Origin: Mustelus asterias
Lineage: Eukaryota
DNA: 64,000 bases
Reading direction: 5' to 3'
Assembly: GCF_964213995.1 (NCBI RefSeq)
Contig: NW_027590135.1
Coordinates: 930,001-994,000, forward strand
This document shows positions 51,977 through 64,000 of the stretch, piece by piece; within the stretch, counting starts at the first letter, position 1; each line of letters opens with the position of its first letter. Both the position numbers and the translations under genes were made by a program. Under the pieces are notes generated by a model. That model worked only from the letters and a program-made list of their open reading frames with translations, did not search any database and was not told where the DNA came from.

Positions 51977-52235
51977 ACTCACACTGTTCCATATGGGGCG
52001 GTGAGGATGGCCTCGCTGCACCATCCGCTTCATGGTGCCGTGCTCTCGCCGCCGGGCGCCTCTGCTCCGGCCTCTGACTCGGAATTACTGCGTCCACGCG
52101 CGACGCCGCTGAACTTCCGGGAAGCGCACCGCGCATGCTCCGCGCAGACTTTCGGTATCCGAGGACGCGGCCGAACGGCAGCTGCGCCGTGCGGACCATT
52201 CTGAATGAGATAGACCGTATTCACCCGCGCGCTGT
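51977..52235 (-). promoter_or_regulatory. CpG island with candidate first exon of an unidentified gene
   Basis: NRF1-like GCATGCGC and ETS CCGGAAGT on the minus strand; Kozak GGCACCATG (52031-52033); donor GTGAGT at 51977-51982. Confidence 0.55.
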
Positions 52236-52249
52236 ATCCTGGGTTAATT

Positions 52250-52832
52250 ATGATGTTGAAATGCCGGCGTTGGACTGGGGTAAACACAGTAAGAGTTTTA
52301 ACAACACCGGGTTAAAGTCCAACAGGTTTATTTGGTCACAAATGCCATTAGCTTTCGGAGCGCTGAAAGCTAATGGTATTTGCTGCCAAATAAACCTGTT
52401 GGACTCTAACCTGGTGTTATTAAAACTCTTCCTGGGTTAGTTACACAGGTTAGTTGCACTGATAGCCAAGTTCCGCACACATGAGGATGGCCTAAACCGG
52501 GATGTTGGATTTATGTCACATTATCAGTAACCCCCACAGCTTGCCCCTGGTCTTACATAATCTCACCAGCTGTTCTGTCTGGAGACAATACACATCTCAT
52601 TAACCTGTGTTAAATGTTCCCTCCAACCACATTATCTGTACCTTTTAAGACCTGGCTGGCTGTAGAGATTTGCATTCTAATTAGTATTCTGGAACTTGAT
52701 TTCTGTGTCTGTGCACTGTTGGAGAGCAGAGACCACACCATCTGACGAAGGAGCAGCAAGCTCCGAAAGCTTATGGTATTTGCTACCAAATAAACCTGTT
52801 GGACTTTAACCTGGTGTTGTGAGACTTCTTAC
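52250..52832. mobile_element. Two adjacent Penelope-like pieces including GIY-YIG C-terminal remnant and hammerhead core
   Basis: LIAKFRTHEDGLNRD codons at ~52459-52503; CTGACGA..GAAA at 52742-52768; duplicated TAGTTACACAGG. Confidence 0.8.
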
Positions 52833-54513
52833 TTAGTTACACAGGCCACCATTACATTGAATAAAACAGCACAAGGAATTAAATTTAAACCCATCAGCAT
52901 TCCGAAAGAGATTTCCTCTCCCTTTCGTGCAATACTTCCTCTTATCTAAAATACAGCCTCAAAATGTATTCCTATCCTTATTTGTCCAATGACATTTTGA
53001 ATTTACTTTTCATTCTAGGCATTACAGGCACCATATTCAAGATCACAGCAATTTGCTGCCCAATGTAACGACAACTGTGTTCCCTGACGGTTTTCTTTGT
53101 TCTTTTATATCATTCACAATGAACCCGTGCCAGTGGTTCACAGAAACATTTTCTTTCAATTTACTCCATTGAAACTGATCACGATTTTACTCACCTCTCT
53201 GAAAACTCATCTCAACCTTAGTACTGACTTCAAACGGTATGAATGCAGGAAGTATGAATTTAGTTTCGAAGTTCTGTAATTACATAACAAGTGAGCTGCT
53301 GCAGAGACAAACAGTTAATAGCAAATATTTCAGATCAACATCTGCCCATCAGAACTGTCTGAAGTTAGAAATGTAATACATTACAGGCAAATGGAGAGGA
53401 GAGGGGCTCATGTGAAAAAGAACGAAATGGAATATCTGTGACATGCACAGATGCATTAAATAATAAGAATTAGTTACACAGTGAAAGGGATAATCACCAG
53501 ATACATAAAGTAAGAAAAATCTGAATGGAGGAGAGGTGCTCTGAACACCAGGAAAGACCCAGGACAGAATGATCCATGTGAGAGTGAGATGCAGAATGAA
53601 AATGGCAGGTGACTAGAAACTTTTAGCAGAAATTCAATCATCATTGTGAACTGATTGGAAATGTTCAAAGTGTGGGACATGGGAGCGACACACTTGAGAA
53701 CCCTGCCAACCACACAGCGGTGAGAGGATTGGTTGAGGAAAGGGAAGAACTATCAGAAGTTCCTGAATGGAAGGCCGCATTATCTTTCCTCACAGTTCAG
53801 TGTCTACATGCAGGAGAATTAGCTTTTGCAACATTATATTTTTTCTAAAATTTCACTGCTAATGATGTGCTCTGCATTGGTAGATTGAATGACTGCTTTG
53901 TGGAACATCTCCCATCAGTCCAGAAGCATGATTCAGATCCAATCCTGAACGAGAATCCCAAACCTAAATAAAGTAAACTAGGAAGTTATGAGAGGTGAGT
54001 TTGCTAAAATAGATTACGGATCAATAGATTCATAAAATGGCATAACGGTCGATAGGAAATGGCTAATATTTAATGTTTAATATTTAAGGCATAGTTGTAT
54101 GTAATGAAAGAGTTATACATTCCTTTCTGGCACGTAAACATAACTGGAAAGTGGCCCAATCATGGCTTACAAAATAATTAAATAGTATTGGATCCAAAGA
54201 AGAATATGAGATTATAAAAGCGTGGAGCATCAGTCGGCCATTTGTCACCTCGAGCCTGCACCGCCATTCAACAAGATCATGGCTGATCTCTTCATGAACA
54301 CTTTGCACAAATGATCAGTCGGTCCATTCTCCTTTGTCTGTGCCTCCTGTCAGTCTCTTGCTGCTTTTATGTGTGTTCCATTCTTGGTGTGTTAAGCATG
54401 GAATTGTGCCGCCAGGCGGAGCTGCCTCATTTTCTGACATTAAACAGCAATGCAACAGTGACATTTTGTCCTACTACAGCTCAACAATAATAAGCAGGAA
54501 GCTGTTAGCTTAT

Positions 54514-54585
54514 AGCAGAGTGGCGCAGCGGAAGCGTGCTGGGCCCATAACCCAGAGGTCGATGGATCGAAACCATTCTCTGCTA
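54514..54585 (+). tRNA. tRNA-iMet(CAT), likely functional
   Basis: One change from the canonical sequence (G-U pair in the T-stem); T5 terminator at 54591-54595. Confidence 0.96.
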
Positions 54586-54738
54586 TTCACTTTTTCAGGA
54601 GCAATTTGAAAAAAAACATATTTTGCAGTTCCCCACAAGTGTCTCTTCTATTTCTTTGCAGGAAACAGTTATTTTCATCAACTCTCGCTTGCAATAAACA
54701 ATTTGATCTGCAACAAGCTCACTGCTGTAAATGCTACA

Positions 54739-55214
54739 TGATGTGGAGGTGCCGGCGTTGGACTGGAGTAAACACAGTAAGAAGTTTAACAACACCAGGT
54801 TAAAGTCCAACAGGTTTATTTGGTAGCAAAAGCCACACAAGCTATGAGCAGAAACTGATAGCCAAGTTCCGCACACACGAGGACGGCCTCAACCGGGATA
54901 TTGGGTTCATGGCACACTATTTGTAACCCCCACAGAGTTTCACTGGCTGTCTTGTCTGGAGACTATACACATCTTTTTAGCCTGTCTTGATGCTCTCTCC
55001 ACTCATGCTGTTTTGTTTCTTAAAGACTTGATTCGTTGTAAGTATTCGCATTCCAACCATTATTCATGTAAATTGAGTTTGTGTCTTTATATGCTCTGTT
55101 TGTGAACAGAATTCCCACTCACCTGAAGAAGGGGCTTGCAGCTCCGAAAGCTTGTGTGGCATTTGCTACCAAATAAACCTGTTGGACTTTAACCTGATGT
55201 TGTTAAACTTCTTA
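54739..55214. mobile_element. Penelope-like element (inverted pLTR arm + GIY-YIG C-terminus + pLTR)
   Basis: EQKLIAKFRTHEDGLNRD codons; hammerhead-like core at 55123-55149; 14-bp TSD CTGTAAATGCTACA at 54725-54738 and 55215-55228. Confidence 0.87.
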
Positions 55215-55684
55215 CTGTAAATGCTACAAACAGCTTTCCCACTTTCCTCAGGGCCGTTCTGACAGTCAAATGACCTTTAAATCAGAGAATCCCTACAGTG
55301 CTGAAGGAGACCATTTGGCCCATTGAAACTGCACTGACTCTCCGACAGAGCATCCCATCCATGTCCTATAGCCAGAGCCCCACGCACCCACCCCGCTAAT
55401 CTACCTAACCTTCACTTTTTAACCACACAAAGGGCAATCTAGAATGACCAATCCACCCAACCTGCACATCTTTGGACTGTGGAAGGAAGCCGGAGTACCC
55501 GGTTTCCAGATGTAACTTGCCTGGGTGAATGTCGCTCCAACAACACTAGACGTTTGACACTATCCAGTACAAAGCATCTGACTTAATTCATTTCCCATCC
55601 ACAAAGAGTCACTCCCTGCACCATAAGTTGAAGTTAAAGAGTATTTATTAGTCACAATAAGGCTTACGTTACCATTGACAGACA

Positions 55685-56090
55685 GGGTCAGCAGTGCACA
55701 CCATCTACAAGATGCATTGCCAGAATTCACAAAGGTATATTTGACAGAACTTTCCAAACCCACCATGACTACAGCCGAGAAGGAAAAGGAAAAGCAGATG
55801 CATCAGAACAACATCACCTGGAAATCTTCCTCCAAGCCACTCATCATCAGGGCTTGGAAATATATCGCCATTCCTTCAGTGTCAGTAGGTCAGAGTCCAG
55901 GAACTTCCCACTCTCCAACATCCCCCCCCAAAAAAAGAAAACGCACTGTGGGTGTACCTATATGGCATTGGCAGCAGCAGTTGAAGATTGCAGTTCAGCA
56001 CCGCCTCCCCCAGGCGAATTATGGGTGGCAATAAATCCTGGCCGAGCCACTGATGCCCTCATCCCATGAATGGATAAAGTAAAAAAAAAC
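55685..56090 (+). mobile_element. LINE 3'-end fragment
   Basis: CCATCTACAAGATGCA..GGCAATAAAT..CATCCCATGAATG plus A tail. Confidence 0.65.
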
Positions 56091-56209
56091 AACTGATCAA
56101 AAAGGTTCCTCCTCACCTCTGCCTTAAAGGAGAGGTCACATCTTTCAAAAAAAAACTCTGCTCTTCTGGTCACATTTTCAGTGTAATTCTGAGCACAATC
56201 AGGATTATT

Positions 56210-59076
56210 TCAAAGAACAAAGAACAGTACAGCACAGGAAACAGGCCCTTCGGCCCTCCAAGCCTGTGCCGCTCCTTGGTCCAACTGGACCAATCATTTG
56301 TATCCCTCCATTCCCAGGCTGCTCATGTGACTATCCAGGTAAGTCTTAAACGATGTCAGCGTGCCTGCCTCCACCACCCTACTTGGCAGCGCATTCCAGG
56401 CCCCCACCACTCTCTGTGTAAAAAACGTCCCTCTGATATCTGAGTTATACTTCGCCCCTCTCACCTTGAGCCCGTGATCTCTCGTGATCGTCACCTCCGA
56501 CCTGGGAAAAAGCTTCCCACTGTTCACCCTATCTATACCCTTCATAATGTTGTACACCTCTATCAGATCTCCCCTCATTCTCCGTCTTTCCAAGGAGAAC
56601 AACCCCAGTCTACTCAATCTCTCCTCATAGCTAAGACCCTCCATACCAGGCAACATCCTGGTAAACCTTCTCTGCACTCTCTCTAACGCCTCCACCTCCT
56701 TCTGGCAGTGCGGCGACCAGAACTGGACGCAGTACTCCAAATGTAGCCTAACCAGCGTTCTATACAGCTACATCATCAGACTCCAGCTTTTATACTCTAT
56801 ACCCCGTCCGATAAAGGCAAGCATACCATATGCCTTCTTCACCGCCTTCTCCACCTGTGTTGCCACCTTCAAGGACTTGTGGACTTGCACACCTAGGTCC
56901 CTCTGTGTTTCTATACTCCTGATGACTCTGCCATTTATTGTATAACTCCTCCCTACATTATTTCTTCCAAAATGCATCACTTCGCATTTATCCGGATTAA
57001 ACTCCATCTGCCACCTCTCCGCCCAATTTTCCAGCCTATCTATATCCTGCTGTATTGCCCGACATGCTCTTCGCTATCCGCAAGTCCAGCCATCTTCGTG
57101 TCATCCGCAAACTTGCTGATTACACCAGTTACACCTTCTTCCAAATCATTTATATATATCACAAATAGCAGAGGTCCCAGTACAGAGCCCTGCGGAACAC
57201 CACTGGTCACAGACCTCCAGCCGGAAAAAGACCCTTCGACCACTACCCTCTGTCTCCTATGGCCAAGCCAGTTCTCCACCCATCTCGCCACTTCTCCTTG
57301 TATCCCATGAGCCATAACCTTCTTAACCAACCTGCCATGTGGGACTTTGTCAAATGCCTTACTGAAATCCATATAGACGACATCCATGGCCCTTCCTTCA
57401 TCAACCGTTTTTGTCACTTCCTCAAAAAACTCCACCAAATTTGTAAGGCACGACCTCCCTCTTACAAAACCATGCTGTCTGTCACTAATGAGATTGTTCC
57501 GTTCTAAATGCACATACATCCTGTCTCTAAGAATCCTCTCCAACAACGTCCCTCCCATGGACGTCAAGCTCACCGGCCTATAATTTCCTGGGTTATCCCT
57601 GCTACCCTTCTTAAACAACGGGACCACATTCGCTATCCTCCAATCCTCAGGGACCTCACCCGTGTCCAAAGAAGCGACAAAGATTTCCGTCAGAGGCCCA
57701 GCAATTTCATCTCTCATCTCCCTGAGAAGTCGAGGATAGATGCCATCAGGCCCTGGGGCTTTGTCAGTTTTAATGTTCCCTAAAAAACCTAACACTTCCT
57801 CTCTTTTAATGGAGATTTTCTCTAACGGGTCAACACCTCCCTCCGAGACACTCCCGGTTAACACGCCCCTCTCCTTCGTGAATACCGATGCAAAGTATTC
57901 ATTTAGGATCTCCCCTATTCCCTTGGGTTCTAAGCATAATTCCCCTCCTTTGTTCCTGAGAGGTCCGATTTTCACCCTGACAACTCTTTTGTTCCTAACG
58001 TATGAATAGAATGCCTTAGGATTCTCCTTAATCCTGCCTGCCAAGAACATCTCGTGACCTCTTTTTGCCCTTCTAACTCCCCGTTTGAGTTCTTTCCTAC
58101 TCTCTCTGTATTCCTCCAGAGCTCCATCTGTTTTCAATTGCCTGTACTTAACGTACGCCTCCCTTTTCATTTTAATCAGATCCTCAATTTCCCTGGTTAT
58201 CCACGGCTCTCGAATCCTACCTTTCCTATCTTTCCTTTTTACAGGCACATGCCTATCCTGCAGCCTTATCAATAGTTCCTTAAAAGACTCCCACATGCCA
58301 GATGCGGACTTACCCTCGAACATCCTCTCCCAATCAACATCCACCAATTCCTGCCTCATCCGGCTATAGTCAGCCTTCCCCCAATTTAGCACCCTGCCCG
58401 TAGGACAGCACTCATCCTTGTCCATTACTATCCTAAAGTTAACAGAGTTGTGGTCACTATTTGCCACATGTTCCCCGACCGAAACTTTGACGACCTGACC
58501 GGGCTCATTTCCCAGAACTAGGTCCAGTATAGCCCCCTCTCTAGTCGGGCTATCTACATACTGTTCCAAAGAACCTTCCAGTACGCATTTTACAAATTCC
58601 TCGCCGTCCGGACCCCCTGCTCTAAGCACTTTCCAGTCTGTGCCAGGGAAATTAAAGTCCCCCACTACAACAACCCTATTTTTTCCGCACCTATCCAGAA
58701 TCTCCTGACATATCCTTTCCTCCACTTCCCGTGGGCTGTTGGGTGGTCTGTAGTACAACCCCAGCATAGTGACTGCACCCTTCCTGTTTCTGAGTTCCAC
58801 CCACAGCGACTCAGTACATGACCCCTCTAAGTTGTCTACCCTCTGCACCACGGTAATATGCTCCTTAACTAATATCGCTACTCCCCCACCTTTTTTAGCC
58901 CCTCCTCTGTCTCGCCTAAAAACACTTATACCCCGGAATATTCAGCTGCCAGTCCTGTCCTTCTTTTAACCAAGTTTCCGTCACCGCAACCACATCCAAA
59001 TTCCGCATAAGCATTAAGGCCCTAAGTTCGTCTGTTTTACCCGTTATGCTCCTCGGATTGAAGCAGATGCACTCCA
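56210..59076 (-). mobile_element. Young CR1-like LINE, almost complete ORF2 with few disruptions
   Basis: 603-aa ORF 57040-58851 (endonuclease to RT); starts at CICFNPRSI; CAAAGAA tail on +. Confidence 0.95.
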
Positions 59077-59121
59077 CTTTCGTATGTGTTGCCCCATTGC
59101 AGAATCACATTGTGCAGCAGC

Positions 59122-59322
59122 GATCAAAAGAGAAAATGCTGGAGAATCTCAGCAGGTCTGGCAGCATCTGTATGGAGAGAAAAGAGCTGACGTTTCAATT
59201 CCAGACGACCCTTTGTCGAAGACCTTTGTCATCTTACAGATGCTGCCAGACCTGCTGAGATTTTCCAGAATTTTCTCTTTTGATTTCAGATTCCAGCATC
59301 CACAGTCATTTGCTTTTATTTG
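59122..59322. mobile_element. Palindromic repeat of a second Penelope-like family
   Basis: Inverted arms AAAAGAGAAAATGCTGGAGAATCTCAGCAGGTCTGGCAGCATCTGT; relatives near 3340, 4185, 15870, 32250 and 51090. Confidence 0.65.
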
Positions 59323-60915
59323 TGCAGTAGCAACCTGCCTGGTGATGTGTATGGTAGGATTTGTCGTCATGATCCACCATATCCCCGTAGGTATGGGCTA
59401 CCCAAGCCACACAATCAGTGTTGGAATCAATTCACATGTTTCAGTCTCTGGTTCCATTCTGTATCTGAATTTGTCTGGTGTTATTTCTGAAGGTGCCAGT
59501 TATATATATCTGGCAGACACTTATAAAGTGTGTGAGTGTCGGATCATTCTAGACCTGTCAATGGCCTCTATATCTGTGAGCATTTTATATAAGTGTGGCA
59601 AACATCAGTAATTTTAAATCCCCTGCTGCTGTTTATGGAACATATGCTTTAATTCCCCTGGTACTGTTTGCAGAACATCAGCTTCATGCTGTTCCTGTCA
59701 GTGGAATTAATCATGTATGTAAATCTATGGTGCTGTTTAAAATTGTGTGTCTCATTTGGGATTTTTCCCTCACGTCTCTCTCTATCTAATCTTCCATTTG
59801 TTTCCGTTACTCTGTGTGAGCCTTTGGTTGTTTCCAAATCACTCAGTGATACAATTGGTGTGTGTGTGATTGATTTCATATCACTCAGACTCAGCTCCTG
59901 TGAGTGAGTGCAGTAAACAGCCTGTACTTTTCAGCTGTTGATGCTGAACATGTGATTCAGAACTATTCTCTTATTTATCAGTCTTTGGTATTCAGTGTGA
60001 ACATGGGACTAATTAAATAACCTTCAATCTTTGGGACAAGTTATCTATTTGGATTAATTCCAAATAACTTTCCAACACAGAAATAGGCCACTGATGCAGT
60101 AGGTTTGAAGCAAATAATGTGAGTGAGTTTCGGCCCAGCAATAAATCTCTGATACTGTGAACACAATTGTGAAAGATAATGTATCCTTCAATCTGATACT
60201 GGATTGCTATGCAAGTTTCACTCAGATTGTTCACATTGATTTGATCTGTGACAGTCTGATTCTGAGTAAGAATTTTGACATGAGTGTAAAATGGAGCTCA
60301 GTCTGGAATTGGTACAGTGTCTTCCATCCGGCTCAGTGTGAGTGAGGATTAGTTTATAATTTATGGTTCAGTTCATAGTCATCAAACTGATATTGTAACT
60401 TTTAGTTTCATAATCTGGGTGAGTTTTCAACTGGAACCTGAGTTTGTATCTCAGGTCATACTCGCTTTCAGAATATCTCAATCTGAGATTGTCCTTCAGA
60501 TTTGTATCTAATGTATTTGTGAGAACTCACCATGGCGATTAGTACTGCCAGTTCCAAACCCCTGATGTGGGTGATATGACTGGTATTTAACTGGAATCTC
60601 AAAGTACATTATTAAGGTTAATTGTGTAACATTTACCCAAAAAACCATTTTACGGTTTTATCAGATACTTAATTTGGAGCTCAGGCTGCTCTATTGTGGG
60701 ATTGACACAGTGATGATCTGATAATGGTTTGGACTGGGATTTATGGATCACCCTTTCAGCGGTATTGAGATTGATTTGATTTCTTATTGTGACAAGAAAT
60801 AATTACTATGCTGTGAAAACTCTGGTTTCTTGCGCACTCTACAGACCGAGCATACCGTTCGCAGAGTATATAGGGGAGAAGGAAAGGGTGCAGAACGTAG
60901 TGTTAAAAATCCTTC

Positions 60916-60998
60916 TACCAGGAGTGGGGTTCGAACCCACGCGGACATATGTCCATTGGATCTTAAGTCCAACGCCTTAACCACTCGGCCATCCTGGT
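60916..60998 (-). tRNA. tRNA-Leu(TAA)
   Basis: ACCAGGATGGCCGAGTGGTTAAGGCGTTGGACTTAAGATCCAATGGACATATGTCCGCGTGGGTTCGAACCCCACTCCTGGTA; T5 terminator at 60905-60909. Confidence 0.98.
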
Positions 60999-62230
60999 AC
61001 GAAAACTAGATGTGATTGGGACACATTCCTGCTGTTTGATTGCTGGATTGAAAATGTGCCTTTGGAATCATTTCTGTTCTCGGAGACTGTGGAATTGTGA
61101 GAAGGAGCTGGGACATTCTTCCCTGTAACTCCTGTGGAGGAAATATCTGGTTTCTTCAAATATTTATCTGTGGAAACAAAGTACATTTAATATCTCAAAT
61201 ACAGATTCCGTCAGTTTAATCTCTATTAATAACCAGTGTGAGCGGTTTGTGAGGCTGCAGCCAGACTCCAGCTCTGATTGGTCACTCTCATGTCAATCCA
61301 ATTCTTCACCAATCGGAGAGCAAGGGAGAAGAAATGGGAGGTTTTGATTGGTTCACATTTTCAAACTGGAAAAACCCGCCAATTTCAGTGCAGGAAAAAT
61401 ACAAAATAACGGAACGCCTGAATGTTCAGGAAACTATTTCAATCTCAAACTTTATAATCTGTTTATTGTATTTTCCCTCACAGAATCCTGGCGCTATTTT
61501 AGGAACAGTTTGAATTTCTCAATCTCTTATCTGTAACCCGCGGTAATCAGACCCCGTTCAGCAATTTAAAACGGAGCAAATCTCACCTCAGTGGAAAAGC
61601 AGAAACATAGAGATCACCAACCAGCCCCTTCACACAGACTTCACAGGGACAGAGGGAAACGGCTGATTTCTGATCCTATCCCCTGAAAGCGGCCGGGAAT
61701 GTTACAATGGAAGGTGTGGAGAGAATTCCTGACTCAATCCCCCCGGTGGAACAGGCAGCTTTGTGTCCTGAGAGTAGCGAGGGCAGGGGGGAGGCAGATC
61801 TTAAAGCGCTGCAATGGACTCAGGCGCTGCTTGTGCGCAGATCTCGCTGATTCCGTCCTCTGGGAAAACTGCGGAATAAACAGATCAGCCCGCGAATAAC
61901 CTCTTCATTCCCGCCTTTACTCTGCTCCGGGAGCAGTGCCCAGATAACTCGAGTGAAAAAAAAAACCTTATTCTGAAACTGAATATAGTTATCATTAAAT
62001 GTAAATAATTACGTCCTGATATTATGCTGGGCCTCATTGTCCGTCACAAATCCCAGACTGGGTTTAAAATCTGCTCTCAGTTCAGTTTGATTGTTCCTTC
62101 AATCTGAGTGTGTGTGTGAGGGGCGGGTATGAAGTCCCATTCACAGCATTCCGGAACGGGACAAATCTCTATCCTCCAGAAAGAGATTTCTCATTCACTC
62201 AATAAGGGAAAAGATGGCGCAGATTTTTCA

Positions 62231-62284
62231 GATTGTGGGTGGCTCTTAAAAGAGCCGTTGAGTTCGGGGTGCTTTTCAGCCATC
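62231..62284 (-). pseudogene. Orphan H2B-type 3' UTR with stem-loop (CDS missing)
   Basis: GATTGTGGGTGGCTCTTAAAAGAGCCGTTG identical to 37421-37450; no histone codons upstream. Confidence 0.8.
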
Positions 62285-62580
62285 AATCTTTGATGCTGTT
62301 TCTCACTCTGGGGCAATTGTGTACCTGTATTTAAATAATTACCTCAGACATGGTGCTGGAAATGATATTTCCTACATATGTAAAATGTTCTCCAATAAAT
62401 AGCATAAATTTACATGCATTAAAACACGTATGTCAATAATGTGCACAGGGCGAACTACGGATTGATAAAGCAAAGCGAGAAACAGCTCTACTGTGAATAG
62501 CAGTCCAGTGTCTGACGGTTAGACAACAGATCACCCTTTTACAGATAAAGTGAGTGGCTCTGAAAAGAGCCTTTGGGTTA

Positions 62581-63051
<471 letters not shown>

Positions 63052-63254
63052 TTATAGCTCCGGGAGGAATGGAGGTGCGGACATTGCTGATTGGTCACTT
63101 TGTTGCTACCTCTCAGCATCTTGTTCATATGGCCAATCAGAAATCTGCTTAACTCACCAATCCGGAGAGCCCACGGAGTGAGGGCGGAAAATAACGGCGC
63201 CAAAATCTCAGATTCCAACCGATTTCATTTCAAACTGTAAAAGCACTCCGCTTT

Positions 63255-63420
63255 CTTCACACAGCCCAAAGATATGCGGGTTGGGTGGATTGGCTATGCT
63301 AAATTGCCCCAGTATGAGAGGGATATCAGGGTAAATATGTAGGGTTAGGGGGATGGGTGAGGGATTGTTGTAGGTGCAGACTCGATGGGCCAAATGGCCC
63401 CCTGTACTGCAGGGATTCTG
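63255..63420 (+). mobile_element. HE1-like SINE 3' half
   Basis: CCAAAGATATGCGGGTTGGGTGGATTGGCTATGCTAAATTGCCCC...GGGATTCT. Confidence 0.75.
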
Positions 63421-64000
63421 AGACATTTGCTCCATTCGCTCTCTCTCTCTCAAGCCTGGGAAAGGGGCCGAATATCAACGCGTCTGAGATCTAAACCCAG
63501 AGGGTCAGGAACCAGTTAATTAATTTTAAACATTAATAAGACCCAATGATCCACCGGGCGATTGACTTACATTACTCCGTGTCTATCATTGATAACCTGA
63601 AAAACAACAATTATCATTGTTCCAGACGCTGCGTCGTAAAATATTAATTGAAACTAAATGGATGAGACAGCCTCTCCCGCACCAGCGCATTCTCTCTGCT
63701 GCTAATCCCACATCACTCTATCAGACTGCTGATACTGTTCATACATTTCCCCTTCCTCACCAGCACCAACTGCTCTGGTTTACTTCCGCCCATCACCGGG
63801 AGCTGGCAGTGCAGAATATCTGGGCTCAGACAGGGGATAATGCGAGCTCTGCTGTGCGTGTTAAAGGGGAATATGTTTGATAAGCAGCAGCCACAAATTG
63901 TGCAAATGGTATGCAATTTATAGCTCTGTGAATGGTAACATTTGGATACATAACCTGGTAATTAATTACTGCAGTTTGTAGGAACAGATTTGTCATTGCA

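Noticed and set aside
59340-60780. AT-rich unique-looking region with short ORFs
   Set aside because: No recognisable motifs, splice structure or periodicity that I can support

Overview
Eukaryotic vertebrate genomic DNA. The repeat families (CR1/HER1-like LINEs, HE1-type V-SINEs, Rex1/Babar LINEs, Penelope-like palindromes) and the histone sequences point to a cartilaginous fish (shark); this assignment is inference. The window is a repeat-dense, mixed histone/tRNA gene cluster. It holds a replication-dependent histone quintet at 30.4-37.9 kb (H1+, H4+, H3+, H2A-, H2B-, all with 3' stem-loops), a second H2A plus an orphan H2B 3' UTR at 62-63 kb, eight full-length tRNA genes or pseudogenes plus one half tRNA, two CpG-island promoters, a ~33-bp satellite and one assembly gap. 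Several histone copies are visibly decaying. The most notable signal is a recurrent class of pre-tRNA-headed retroposon chimeras. An intron-retaining pre-tRNA-Arg(TCT) plus its 3' trailer is fused to a 5'-truncated CR1 and inserted as one unit inside an older CR1. There are two further candidates: a tRNA-Pro 3' half on a full-length CR1, and tRNA-Leu(CAG) on an HE1 SINE. Also seen are hammerhead-ribozyme cores in Penelope-like palindromes, fold-back hairpins at CR1 5' truncation points, and an H3 whose frameshifted stop codon falls inside its own stem-loop. Transposable-element boundaries are approximate and family names come from motif recognition, not database searches.
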